From Candidatus Binatia bacterium (GTDB lineage Bacteria; Desulfobacterota; Binatia; UBA9968; CAXXLF01), in the NCBI GenBank assembly GCA_963664015.2, contig CAXXLF010000001.1:1056001-1120000 (forward strand): a stretch of 64,000 bases of DNA. Reading direction: 5' to 3'. The translations under genes and the position numbers were made by a program. The notes beneath the pieces are model-generated. The model was not told the DNA's origin, did not search any database, and worked only from the letters and a program-made list of their open reading frames with translations. This document shows positions 10,545 to 20,491 of this stretch, piece after piece. How positions within the stretch are numbered: position 1 is the stretch's first letter; every line of letters starts with the position of its first letter.

Positions 10545-10601
10545 CGGTCCCTTCCGCTTGAAGGGGCCGAGTCTTTAGCTCGGGTAGCCGGTGCTACCCG
10601 A
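10545..10601. terminator. Two hairpins between convergent genes
   Basis: CGGTCCCTTC/GAAGGGGCCG and TCGGGTAGC/GCTACCCGA inverted repeats; no clear U-tract. Confidence 0.4.
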
Positions 10602-10607
10602 TAAGAG

Positions 10608-11723
10608 TTAGCTTGCCTGGTAATTCCACTCGTAATCGACGTTTTGGTATGCCTCTTGGGGCATCAGGGACTTGAGTCCCTTGCGTGCGAGTTCTTCGTC
10701 GAATTTTTCACGGATCCAGGGGTCTTCGTTAGGGTACTCGATTTGATCGTTTCTCCGGTCCTCTACCCTCTCGCTGTAGCCGCTTAGACCCTTGGGGGTG
10801 CGAAGCGCCAGGTACCTCGCCACTGCCGAGGTGACGTTGAAGTGCTGGTGCAACCACCGATTGGGTGGCACGAAGACACTTCCCTCATGCCAGGGAATAA
10901 CGATCTTTTCCTTCCCCTCTTGCCACATGATGGAGTACCCTTCGCCCGACGGAATAACGATGACCACTCCCGGGCCATGGCGATGCGCTTTTTTATAACT
11001 TTGAGCGGGAAAAACCGACATGTGTGAACAAATCGTCGCGTTGGGGAATCGGATATGGACAACCTTGCTTCCCCCTCCCCGTCCGGTTTGATTGTTGAGC
11101 TTGTCCCAACTACGCATGTCGGGAAAGAAATTCCCATACCAGATATCCCGATTTGTTAACCCCCCTATCCCGCCCTGGATCCTTTTGGCCTGGGAGTAAA
11201 AATCTTCATCATGCCCGTTGGTCTTACCAAAGTCTGCCGCAAAGGAATTCTGAAAAAAGAAATTAGGATCCGGTGTAACGGACATGGCCACAGGTAGGTA
11301 GTTGTAATGGAGGAGCCTTGCGGGACTGTTACCTTGCATATTGCTTAGCTGTCGAAAGGTGTTACGAGGGATCAGGAACATGCTGTGCTTCTGCCACTCG
11401 AAGGACTTTTTGGCTTCTCCCTCAGTGCCCCACACAGTAGTAACCCCACGCCCTTCGGCGACGTATACAACCTCATCCAGAGCGAAACGTAATGGGGGAA
11501 GAGTTTTGCCTGCCGGGATTTCCGTCACCCGGGCCTCACTGATCCCCTCCTGCCCGGTCAGCCTTAAAAAAGCGGCCTGGCACTGACGCTCCTCCCACCA
11601 GCCCAGCTCCAAGGTCCTGATATCCTCGACATAGTAGCCTGCGTGAATCGGGACGCCCTGCGATTGGACCCAATGCTCATAAGGATCCATCAGGTTTGTT
11701 AAATCTAACCTATCGTTGGCCAT
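10608..11723 (-). CDS. Bicupin, paralog of 7510..8625
   Basis: Start MANDRL at 11723 after GGGGGA; KKAHRHGPG and LHQHFN motifs. Confidence 0.85.
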   Translation of the reverse strand: MANDRLDLTNLMDPYEHWVQSQGVPIHAGYYVEDIRTLELGWWEERQCQAAFLRLTGQEGISEARVTEIPAGKTLPPLRFALDEVVYVAEGRGVTTVWGTEGEAKKSFEWQKHSMFLIPRNTFRQLSNMQGNSPARLLHYNYLPVAMSVTPDPNFFFQNSFAADFGKTNGHDEDFYSQAKRIQGGIGGLTNRDIWYGNFFPDMRSWDKLNNQTGRGGGSKVVHIRFPNATICSHMSVFPAQSYKKAHRHGPGVVIVIPSGEGYSIMWQEGKEKIVIPWHEGSVFVPPNRWLHQHFNVTSAVARYLALRTPKGLSGYSERVEDRRNDQIEYPNEDPWIREKFDEELARKGLKSLMPQEAYQNVDYEWNYQAS

Positions 11724-11986
11724 ACATTTCCCCCCTATGTTTCTTTTAATTAGCGATATTGAAATGGATTTGTCAACTTGGCCTTCCTTTCGATACCCAG
11801 ACACCATGGCAGAGTGATTCGTTTTGAAAACCCAAGATCCCTGCAAGTTGACTACAGCCGCGCTTTTATCTGCTTGACTTTGCACTCGTCCATATAATAA
11901 GAAAGACAAAATAATAAGAGAGAGAAACCTAGTTTTTCCAATGAAATCGACAATTTCCATATATCCATGAGAGCATAAATCCACCG

Positions 11987-13084
11987 ATGAGCAAAACAAA
12001 AGCATTGATGGGGTTTATCTTGATACTCTTTTTTACCGGCACAGCTTTTTCTGCCTCGCTGCCAAAATCGACACAGGACCTGTTGAAGCAATTTGATCTC
12101 GACCCCGCCTTGCTGGCAGACATCGACCAGGAGCTGGCGGTCCCCAAGAAATGGATTGAGGAGGCAAAAAAGGAAGGTAAGTTAAGAATTCGGTCTACGC
12201 CGGCCCGACCGGACGACCTGAGAACCCTCCTGGGTCCATTCAAAGCGCGCTATCCGTTCATTGACGTCGAGTTTTCCGGGACCAACCAGCAAACTCGTTC
12301 TGTCCGGACGCTGATGGCCTACAAGAGTGGACGCATCCTCGCAGATTTTATGAACAGTATTGGTGGCTTCATGCATGAATACAAAGCGGCCAACGCTCTC
12401 GAAAATCTTAATGACATCCCGGGCGTCCAACGTATCGCCGAAAAGGCCAAAGACCCCACTGGTGAGTGGTCGGGAATCAACCAGAACTACTGGTGTATAT
12501 CGTACAATACGAGGCTGCTAAAATCCGAAGACCTTCCGAAAAAATGGGAAGATCTTTTGACCAACTCCAAGTTCCACAATGGGAACCTGGCCCTGGGCAA
12601 TCGACCCCAGCTTATCTTTGTGGCTTTATGGGCAGCGAAAGGTGAAAAGTGGACCAAAGACTTTATCTATAGGCTGTTTACTGAAGTCAAACCTCAGTTA
12701 CGCAAGGAAGGCATGAACCTGCTTCCCCAGTTGGTGGCAGCCGGCGAATTCAACGCAGCCATGCCATCCAATAACAAGCGTCCCTACCAGCTCAAGCTTA
12801 ATGGAGCGCCCGTCGGTTTCACCTGTCCTGAACCCGTCCCCACATCTACGGAAGATTCCATAATTTTGAAAGGCGGCAATACGGCCACGGCCAAGATCTT
12901 TCTAAATTGGCTTTTAAGCAAGGAGGGTCAGATCGCCCAATATGCTTTTGAATACGCAACCCCGCTGAACGATCAACTCCGCGCCAAGCTCCTTCCCTTT
13001 TCCGACCAGATTCTGGGCAGGGAGAATAGCTTTCGAGACCGCGACTTTGAGATGAAGATCATGCCGGACCTCTCAAAGTTCTGA
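11987..13084 (+). CDS. ABC transporter substrate-binding protein (Fe3+/polyamine-like family), probably C-terminally clipped
   Basis: Signal peptide; EEAKKEGKL, ISYNTRL, LPKKWEDLL, FLNWLLSKEGQ. The frame continues 13 codons past the TGA to 13126. Confidence 0.85.
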   Translation: MSKTKALMGFILILFFTGTAFSASLPKSTQDLLKQFDLDPALLADIDQELAVPKKWIEEAKKEGKLRIRSTPARPDDLRTLLGPFKARYPFIDVEFSGTNQQTRSVRTLMAYKSGRILADFMNSIGGFMHEYKAANALENLNDIPGVQRIAEKAKDPTGEWSGINQNYWCISYNTRLLKSEDLPKKWEDLLTNSKFHNGNLALGNRPQLIFVALWAAKGEKWTKDFIYRLFTEVKPQLRKEGMNLLPQLVAAGEFNAAMPSNNKRPYQLKLNGAPVGFTCPEPVPTSTEDSIILKGGNTATAKIFLNWLLSKEGQIAQYAFEYATPLNDQLRAKLLPFSDQILGRENSFRDRDFEMKIMPDLSKF

Positions 13085-13122
13085 AGTAAACTGTGGCTTA
13101 GCGGGGGTGGCGCCGCCAGACG

Positions 13123-13299
13123 ATGACGATCAGTCGGATCGGAACCACAATAGCAACTGAACTGGGAATGGGATCTAGCGCGGCGGCACTGCTGCTACCG
13201 TGACGCCCCCTCTGGGCCACTAGCATGACGACCTTGACGGTTGTCGATGGGAGCACTTGGCTTCCACCGACATTTGGGTTAAGGGAAAGAGTACTATGA
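13123..13299 (+). pseudogene. Collapsed remnant of the ABC permease gene
   Basis: One frame with ATGA overlaps at both ends and an internal TGA at 13201; lies where the permease should be. Confidence 0.5.
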
Positions 13300-14396
13300 T
13301 AAGTATCGAAAATCTTCACATGCGCTACCGGTCAGAGATGGGGGAGGTCCATGCCGTCCGCGGGATCAATATCAATGTGAAACCGGGGCAGTTCTATACC
13401 ATGCTGGGACCCAGTGGATGCGGCAAGACCTCTACCTTGAGATCGGTAGCGGGCCTGGAGACCCCCGACGAAGGGGAAATCACCATTGGGGATGCATTGG
13501 TCTTTTCATCTTCCAAGGGTATCAACGTTCCTCCTTACAAACGGGATATCGGTATGGTGTTCCAATCCTACGCCATCTGGCCTCACATGACCGTGTACAG
13601 CAACGTCGCATTTCCTCTCGAGGAGATGGGTCGTAAATTCAACTCGGCAGAAATACGGGAGAAGGTCCTAACGGCACTGTCTCTTGTTCAATTGGACGGT
13701 TTGGAAGACCGTCCTGCACCCTTTTTAAGTGGCGGCCAGCAACAGAGGCTGGCCCTGGCACGGGCGCTGGTCAAAGAGCCACGGGTCTTACTGCTGGATG
13801 AGCCCTTGAGTAACTTGGATGCAAAGCTCCGGGAAGAAACACGCCTGGAGGTGAGGGAGTTGGTCAACCGACTCGGCATTACGACGCTCTATGTGACCCA
13901 TGATCAGCTCGAGGCGTTGACCATGTCCGATGTTGTAGCCGTAATGAACCAAGGGGAGATCATCCAGGAAGCCCCACCCAACGAAATCTATCAAGCACCG
14001 ACAGAACGCTTTGTTGCTAATTTCATCGGTCTGGCAAATTTTCTGGAGGGCGAGGTCAATGCGCTTCCCAGTAACGGGCAAGGCTTCGGCGAGGTCAAAA
14101 CCTCTGGCGGCATCATGAGATGCACGCTCCCAGATGGAGTTGGGATCGGAGAAAAGGTCGTCATCCTCGTACGTCCGGAGGACGCCAATCTAGTAGACAG
14201 CTCCTCTACAATCCAGGGCAACGTACTCAATGCCAGCGTCGATGCGGTTATATACATGGGGGACACCCTGGAGTGCCGGGTCATCACGGGGGGACAGACG
14301 ATAAAGATCAAACTTCACCCCTCCTCCACGCTGGCCCGGGGCGACACCGTGCGCTTGGAACTTCCACCGAGCCGCTGTCGCGCAATCAAAGCTTGA
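13296..14396 (+). CDS. ABC transporter ATP-binding protein (PotA/FbpC-like, TOBE domain)
   Basis: GPSGCGKT, LSGGQQQR, LLLDEPLSNLD, YVTHDQ. Confidence 0.93.
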   Translation: MISIENLHMRYRSEMGEVHAVRGININVKPGQFYTMLGPSGCGKTSTLRSVAGLETPDEGEITIGDALVFSSSKGINVPPYKRDIGMVFQSYAIWPHMTVYSNVAFPLEEMGRKFNSAEIREKVLTALSLVQLDGLEDRPAPFLSGGQQQRLALARALVKEPRVLLLDEPLSNLDAKLREETRLEVRELVNRLGITTLYVTHDQLEALTMSDVVAVMNQGEIIQEAPPNEIYQAPTERFVANFIGLANFLEGEVNALPSNGQGFGEVKTSGGIMRCTLPDGVGIGEKVVILVRPEDANLVDSSSTIQGNVLNASVDAVIYMGDTLECRVITGGQTIKIKLHPSSTLARGDTVRLELPPSRCRAIKA

Positions 14397-14441
14397 GGTC
14401 CCCCATCCCAAAGGGGATATACCAACCCCATTGCACTGACG

Positions 14442-14576
14442 ATGTTGACTCACCAGGAAAATGAGCTACTCACTCGCGTCGGGCCCGGCACACCCGGGGG
14501 CCGGATGCTCCGCTGCTACTGACAATCTGCACTTCTGTCCGAAGACCTTCCTAAGAAAGGAAACCCCAAAGCCGTG
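14442..14576 (+). pseudogene. N-terminal fragment of a phthalate-dioxygenase-like Rieske oxygenase
   Basis: MLTHQENELLTRVGPGTPGGRMLRCY*QSALLSEDLP matches the LLTRVGPGTP.G..LRRYW.P family start; TGA sits at the Trp position and the gene is truncated. Confidence 0.7.
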
Positions 14577-14626
14577 TGGAGGTGGACTAGCGAATCTCCG
14601 GTAGAGACTTTCCCCGCGGCACATCC

Positions 14627-15727
14627 TCATCCCCCGCTTTGGTTCAGAGGCATGAGTCTGGTGGTGATGCCGTTTTTTTCCAGCTCCCGATAGTATTCTT
14701 CGCGGATTGTCGGATCTTCCATCTCATAGGTGATGTTGAAAGCCCACGCTTGACGGTCTTTACTCTGGGCACTACTCGAAACGATCTCGTAATCTCGGCC
14801 CCACCCATAGCGGCTGCCAAAGCCTCGGAATGCCAGCATTCGGAACGGCCCCTTGCCCGTATTCAGGTGCTGGTGAAATTCATTGTGCACAGGCGCCACG
14901 ACGGAATAAGGTTTGAGGGGTATCTTGCGTCGATTCTTCTCCTCCTCGGTCATAAAGAGCAGTTCGTAGCCCTCTCCCTGGATCACGATCACATGGGCAT
15001 TGGGACCATGGCGGTGCGCCGTCATATAGGTCCCTTCAACAATCTCGTTGACATGCATGCCCATGGAAGTCGCGGCCATGGAAAGCTGGATCACTGTGTG
15101 GCGTATTCCACGGATCGGGTTATCATCCAAGGGCAGGGTTCTAATATCCGGAATAAAGTTCGTCTCTAGTATTCGATGCTCCCAATGAATTCCTTCATCA
15201 CCAAAGACACTGTGCATGGCATGGGAATAACGGTCTTTGAACGAAAAAGGGTTATTAAATATGAAGTCCAGGTTGTGATAAAAGTTGATCGCATAGGCCA
15301 TGTTGGTCCCAAAGAGAAACCGGCACGGCTCATCGGCGGAACTGTTGAACTCCTGATGCCACGCGTTGAGGGGGATGGCGAGGAGGGCCCCTTCTTCCCA
15401 TTCAACGGTTTGTTTTGGTTCCCCTTCCTGCCATATCGTGGTAGCGCCCCTCCCCTTCATGACATACATGATCGCATCATAGACATGATGCTCCGGCTTG
15501 AGCTGTCCCTTGGGAGGGATCTCTACTATCTGAAGATTGTAGTTCTCTTGATCTCCCAAACGGGTGTATGCGGCCTTTCCGCCCCGTCTCTCCCAGTCCG
15601 CGACGGGCAGCGTGGCAAGGTCCTCGAGGGCACTGCCTTCGTATAGTGGGACCCCTTCACTTTTGACAAAGTCCTGATAGGAACTCTTGACATACCAGTC
15701 TTTAAAACCCTGAAGCGCCTTAGACAT
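14627..15727 (-). CDS. Bicupin with His motifs in both domains
   Basis: KPEHHVYD..AWHQEFN and TAHRHGP..FHQHLN. Confidence 0.85.
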   Translation of the reverse strand: MSKALQGFKDWYVKSSYQDFVKSEGVPLYEGSALEDLATLPVADWERRGGKAAYTRLGDQENYNLQIVEIPPKGQLKPEHHVYDAIMYVMKGRGATTIWQEGEPKQTVEWEEGALLAIPLNAWHQEFNSSADEPCRFLFGTNMAYAINFYHNLDFIFNNPFSFKDRYSHAMHSVFGDEGIHWEHRILETNFIPDIRTLPLDDNPIRGIRHTVIQLSMAATSMGMHVNEIVEGTYMTAHRHGPNAHVIVIQGEGYELLFMTEEEKNRRKIPLKPYSVVAPVHNEFHQHLNTGKGPFRMLAFRGFGSRYGWGRDYEIVSSSAQSKDRQAWAFNITYEMEDPTIREEYYRELEKNGITTRLMPLNQSGG

Positions 15728-15831
15728 CCGATCGTTCCTCTATGCTTTTTTTGTCACGGTGGCAATGCAATCCCAAATCAACCCGCCTATCTGCCTTCGC
15801 CGAAAAGCTGGGACTAAGGGTTGTAAAATCT

Positions 15832-16338
15832 TCATTTGTTCATCTGGCCATCGTAGTCCGGGCGACATTTTTTCATGATTGCACGCAAATCCTGCCTTAG
15901 CTCTTCAACCGTTGCCCGTCCCACAGACCAATGGCCGTTGTATAGATTGTGGATGGTTAGGTCCGGCATTAGAGAAAAGGTATAAGGGATGGCTTCCGCG
16001 TTGCCGTGTTTCGAGACATGCCGAATATCGAGCTGCTTGATCGCCGTCTCGCCCTGATCGCTCAAGAAAGGGAAGGTTGCTCCCAGACCTGTTTTAAAAG
16101 CAGCACTCACTTCTGGCTTATCACAGCTGATAACCGCCAGCTTGCAATAGCCTACGCGTAATTCTTCTTGGATCTCTGTCAGGTACCGTAACTGCACCTG
16201 GCATTTAGGTCACCAATAGGCCCGATAAAACGCTACGATTAGCGGGAACCCCCCTGATAATTCGGACAATTTGACATTTTTCCCCTCTTCGTCCGGTAAT
16301 TCCAAATCCGGGAAACGTTTTCCGATTTCTTGGTTCAT
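15832..16338 (-). CDS. AhpC/TSA-like redoxin, probable selenoprotein (UxxC)
   Basis: GGAGG RBS and ATG 16338; FPDLELPD..IVAFYRAYW-[TGA 16212-16210]-PKC, in frame with ORF 15832..16197. Confidence 0.85.
16180..16200 (-). promoter_or_regulatory. Candidate bacterial SECIS hairpin
   Basis: CAGGUGC-AGUUACG-GUACCUG 7-bp stem starting 9 nt after the UGA, with G at loop position 2. Confidence 0.65.
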
Positions 16339-16519
16339 GAAACAACCTCCTGGGCTCTAAGACTTCTGCTGGGTGCTACTCCGGTTAGCCCGCAATCAAT
16401 GACCGGCACGGGTTGACTGGAAAGCCTCACTGACCGGCTATCCAGCATCCAAACCATCCGGTGGTGATTGCCGAATCCGGTCTGACGGTCACCGTTGACT
16501 AAAAATACGTGAGACGTTC

Positions 16520-16903
16520 CTAGAGAACGGCAACCACTTCGATCTGGAAGTAATTATTTCCCCGTAGATCAATTTTTATAGCGTGGCGGGCCGGCCGATC
16601 ATCCTCATTGGGGAACATCTTGATCCATTCCTTGTTGACGTGGTCGCGATACTTTTCGTCTTTCATAAACACGGTCATATGGACAATGTGATCAGGGGTA
16701 CCTCCTGCTTTCTCCATAAAGGTTTTAAGATTCCGGAACATAGCGGCTGCCTGTTCATCCGGATCCTCAGGCGTTAGTTTTTTCTCGATATCTCGACCCG
16801 AAATCCCAGAGGAGAAAACCATATTACCGATCTTCGACCCGTTGGGAATGGGAGCACCGTGAGGCATCCCAGGTATTTCGATGGTCTGTCGTAATTTAGC
16901 CAT
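16520..16903 (-). CDS. RidA/YjgF family protein
   Basis: GNMVFSSGISG, RPARH with the catalytic Arg, QIEVVA. Confidence 0.9.
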   Translation of the reverse strand: MAKLRQTIEIPGMPHGAPIPNGSKIGNMVFSSGISGRDIEKKLTPEDPDEQAAAMFRNLKTFMEKAGGTPDHIVHMTVFMKDEKYRDHVNKEWIKMFPNEDDRPARHAIKIDLRGNNYFQIEVVAVL

Positions 16904-17513
16904 AATTAGAGTCCCCTTTCATCAATTGCAAAGTTCTCATAGGCACCGCTAGCGTGCATAGGCTCGGACGCAAATTAGCACTAGAAGGAGAACCCCGTCA
17001 ACCCCGATTCGACATCAATCTAGCCAACCGATCATCACTATCAACTCTCGTAGGATAAGAGGGGATGCCGGGTGTACCTCGATGAAGGCGAGGCCGCAGG
17101 GGACCGAGGTCAAAACCTCACCCCTATGGTGATCGGTTGTATGGGTCTCGTCCGAAGGGAATCTCCCAGCTGTGAGTCGGAACATCGAGCGGAGGTGACA
17201 AGTGGAATTTCAATGGTGAGAGTCGAAATCACTATGCCAAAACGATTTCAGAAGCCAATCCTGCTCTCCATTATATCCGCCTTCGCAAAAGACCATGGAT
17301 GGATGCGACGGCCGAAGCTCCAGGGGCACCCGGCCGTCGCATCCGAAACGGCTGCTTCGGCCGATTCCGCCGAAGAGAAAGATGGACCCACGGGCGAAAG
17401 CCCGTGGAGGCTTCACTTCAGGAAGGGCTTCTTGCCACTTGACAGGCCCCAAGGGATGAGGCAAGATACCGTCGCTTGGCAGGCGATTGGCGCAATTTTC
17501 CGCGGTGCCCGTT

Positions 17514-17702
17514 ATGAATCAACCGGACTTTCTGACGACCGAAGAAGTCGCTCAGTATTTAAAGGTGGACAAGGACACAATTAATCGACTGGTCGCGAAG
17601 GGGAAGCTGGCCGCATTCAAGGTCGGGAAGCAATGGCGCTTCAAGCGGTCTATCCTAACGCGGTGGTTAAACAGGAATAAAAGCAAACCCTCCGCTCATT
17701 AA
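17514..17702 (+). CDS. Excisionase-family (HTH_17) DNA-binding protein
   Basis: FLTTEEVAQYLKV..TINRL..GKLAAFKVGKQWRF. Confidence 0.85.
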   Translation: MNQPDFLTTEEVAQYLKVDKDTINRLVAKGKLAAFKVGKQWRFKRSILTRWLNRNKSKPSAH

Positions 17703-17800
17703 GACCTGACCCCACACCCTTTCATTCAGGCCCGAAACTTGCAGCTTAATACTTGTGCTCTAGGCGAACCCAGCGTTTCGACTGCCCAAACTATTCGTCG

Positions 17801-19138
17801 CTAAAGTTCACCGCTGACTCCGGCTTCAACCCGGATCAATATGTTTTCCTGCACCCACCGGCCGTCCCACCATTCTAACGGCAAGACCGGCACCCCTTGA
17901 ATCAGGGTGCCGTAATGCAGGTGGTCACCTGTCGTGAGACCGGTCTCTCCAGTTCGTCCAATGATCTGTTTCCTTTCGACTTTCTCGCCTTTTTTTACAC
18001 TGATGAAACTCATGTGGCTGTAAAGGGTAAAAAGGCCCAAGCCGTGATCAATCATCACGGTGCTGCCGTAAATACCCAAGTCATCGGCAAATGCCACCAC
18101 CCCGCTGTTAGCTGCCTCAATGGGATAATTTCTTGTCACTGCCAGATCATAACCCAAGTGGAAGGCCCGGTCGATAGGTTCTCCTTTGTAATAATAAGTA
18201 CGTTCATCCCCAAAATTGGCTTCGACCTTAGAGTTTGAAAGCTGGTGAAAAGGCAGGGTCCAGAGCATCTCGTTCCGGGATACTTGACAGACCTCCCTGA
18301 TCTTGGCTTCGTTACGCGCCCGCATACCGTTGTTAACCGCGAAAAAGGCGTCTTTTAAACCTTCTTTGCCTACCCCTGTCTTTCCAAGCAGAGGGATGAC
18401 GCGGTTTTCGATCAACCGATCGGAGACCTGGATCTTCTTCTTCCTTTTTTTCACGTTCTGCACGTTATACCCCAGCGCTCGCTCCACTCTATTACCCGCT
18501 GCATCTTCCGCGATGAGGACTGCTTTACTATCACCCACATCGTGAGGATGGGCAAAAAAAGCCATAAATGTATCCGCTACTTTGAGCTTGCCTCTATATC
18601 CCTTGAAGAAATAAGAACCGAGCTTTACCCCACTGCGCACGGTATCGGAAGAAGCCTGGTAGAAGATAAGGCCTGTGCCACCAAAATTGATATAACGATC
18701 GTTGCTAATCAGGTGGAGTTTCGGCGGAGTTAAGTCGACAACTACATAGAGTTCCTGAGTGCTCTCATTGCCTTTAAAAACCCCCCAGAAAGATCGATCC
18801 CGGGCGGAGACTCTCAGAACCGCCGGTCCCTCTTGATCTTTCAACTGTTCCCGAGAAACCGAGATCGATAACTCCTTACTCATCACAGGCGCATCGTATT
18901 CCTCAATCATCAAGGGGTAATCGACTCCATTGGCCCGGAGTACCACCGAAATCTTTTTCAGCCCGCTGCCCTCCTCCACAACAGAGACGACAAAGGGTCG
19001 CGTCCCGATATATCCGTTGTCCAGTTTAATGCTGATGACTGGCGCCTGCCATTCAAACCGGGCACGGACCCAGAACCCCCCAGCGATAACAATGAGAATC
19101 ACCAATAGATAAAGGAGTGTTTTTTTCATGTTTAGCAT
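17801..19138 (-). CDS. M23 family metallopeptidase
   Basis: N-terminal TM; HLGYD, YSHM and HLH motifs. Confidence 0.9.
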   Translation of the reverse strand: MLNMKKTLLYLLVILIVIAGGFWVRARFEWQAPVISIKLDNGYIGTRPFVVSVVEEGSGLKKISVVLRANGVDYPLMIEEYDAPVMSKELSISVSREQLKDQEGPAVLRVSARDRSFWGVFKGNESTQELYVVVDLTPPKLHLISNDRYINFGGTGLIFYQASSDTVRSGVKLGSYFFKGYRGKLKVADTFMAFFAHPHDVGDSKAVLIAEDAAGNRVERALGYNVQNVKKRKKKIQVSDRLIENRVIPLLGKTGVGKEGLKDAFFAVNNGMRARNEAKIREVCQVSRNEMLWTLPFHQLSNSKVEANFGDERTYYYKGEPIDRAFHLGYDLAVTRNYPIEAANSGVVAFADDLGIYGSTVMIDHGLGLFTLYSHMSFISVKKGEKVERKQIIGRTGETGLTTGDHLHYGTLIQGVPVLPLEWWDGRWVQENILIRVEAGVSGEL

Positions 19139-19830
19139 TTTGAATGCCTACCAATCCTATGATCCGGTGATCCGAAGATTCCTATGCCACCATGCGGAAG
19201 CTCCCGACAAGCGCAGACCATGACAGTGAAAGCTCAAATTTTACGTGAATTGTTTGGTTTGTACCACAAAGTATCGAGGAATTCCACGGGGTATCAGAAT
19301 GCACTAGTATTGAATCGGGACGATCCCGTTCACGGAATGTACGAAAACGGCAGGCCGATCCTCAATAACGAGCGACTTCGACCTGGACCTTAGCGGCGGG
19401 GCCGAAAGGCGGGCTGCAAAACGTCATTCGGAAAGCAGCGTCTGTCCACCGAATCTATATCACCAGGTATAGAAAAACACTAACCAGGACAACTAAAAGT
19501 ATATACTTCTTTGGATCCTTCTCCGGCTCTAGCTTCATTGCTCCCTCCTAAGCGTTTGATGCCCTGATAAACGAGCAGAATACATGCCATACGGAACGAC
19601 CGCTGATGCCGTGGCGGACCATTGACCGGAGGTCTGAAGCCCAACACAATCTTTAAAAATCTACAGATTGTAATCGGTCAGGGGATATCCCTGCCATACC
19701 GAGTCAGAGCTTGGAAACGAGACGCACGCCCCTTCGGTGAGCCAAGGTGACCGAGTTGCGCATGGAACCTGGCTTGTGAACGATCACAAGAATTGACTCG
19801 GTCAAAAACTGATGGGTTGTGGAATCCTCT

Positions 19831-20241
19831 TCATGGGCAAGTTTTCACATCGGTCTTCACATAGGGCGGTGTGTTAATCTCAAAGTGGATGCCGGCTGGG
19901 CTAGTCACCTTGTTCTGTCGCCGATCCCGGGCGGGCTCCTCGACGTCGAACCCATGGGCGCGGAGCCGGGCGGTCAACTCATCGACTTCCGCATCCGTGG
20001 CAACGTCAAAGGCTAGATGGTTCAGGATGCATTGGCTCTGGCCGTAACCCGCAACCGGGCCGTCAACTGCATAAATAATAAACTCATGATCCCTCAGCGG
20101 GTCGGAGGTGAAAAAGGCGTTTCGATCTCCTTGCCTCACCAGTTTAAGCCCAACGATCTTTTCCCAGAAATCGCACTCCTGCTGAAAAAGCTCTCGGGGA
20201 ACATTAAACCCTGTATGACTCAACCTTGCCAACGTCGCCAT
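19831..20241 (-). CDS. VOC/glyoxalase family protein
   Basis: LSHTGF, LNHLAF, FEIN metal-ligand pattern. Confidence 0.85.
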   Translation of the reverse strand: MATLARLSHTGFNVPRELFQQECDFWEKIVGLKLVRQGDRNAFFTSDPLRDHEFIIYAVDGPVAGYGQSQCILNHLAFDVATDAEVDELTARLRAHGFDVEEPARDRRQNKVTSPAGIHFEINTPPYVKTDVKTCP

Positions 20242-20491
20242 TGAAAACGGCCCTCCTTTCCTCTCATGGTCAGGGGCTCGATCACGGAAACGGGTCTTGT
20301 GAGCCTTTGCGCCCTGTTTACCTCACGGGTCCGGCCAAGGCCAAGTGGGTCGCCGGCTATTGCAGTCCCAGCAATATTATCCAATCGCCCTATCAAGGCG
20401 GCAGCTCATCAGGGATCCCTACTCAGGAGCGTTCTTATGATTCAAGGCGCCGAGTTCAGAACGAAGGAACTCGAACGGCTCCGGGGAACTA

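Noticed and set aside
13082-14522. Genome-wide TGA=Trp recoding, suggested by TGA at apparent Trp positions (13082, 14520)
   Set aside because: Many intact conserved genes here end in TGA (for example ftsZ, murC, mraY) and use TGG for Trp. Both cases lie in a decaying operon, so nonsense mutation is simpler.
17072-17584. 170-aa ORF overlapping the HTH gene
   Set aside because: No recognisable domain, spans hairpins and a TTGACA box, and overlaps a better-supported gene.
17514-17702. Excisionase-like gene as a prophage marker
   Set aside because: No integrase, att site or phage genes are adjacent; stand-alone HTH_17 regulators are common.
19700-19760. c-di-GMP-I riboswitch-like GAAA hairpin followed by ACGCA
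   Set aside because: Poor match to the rest of the consensus, and on the wrong strand for the flanking genes.
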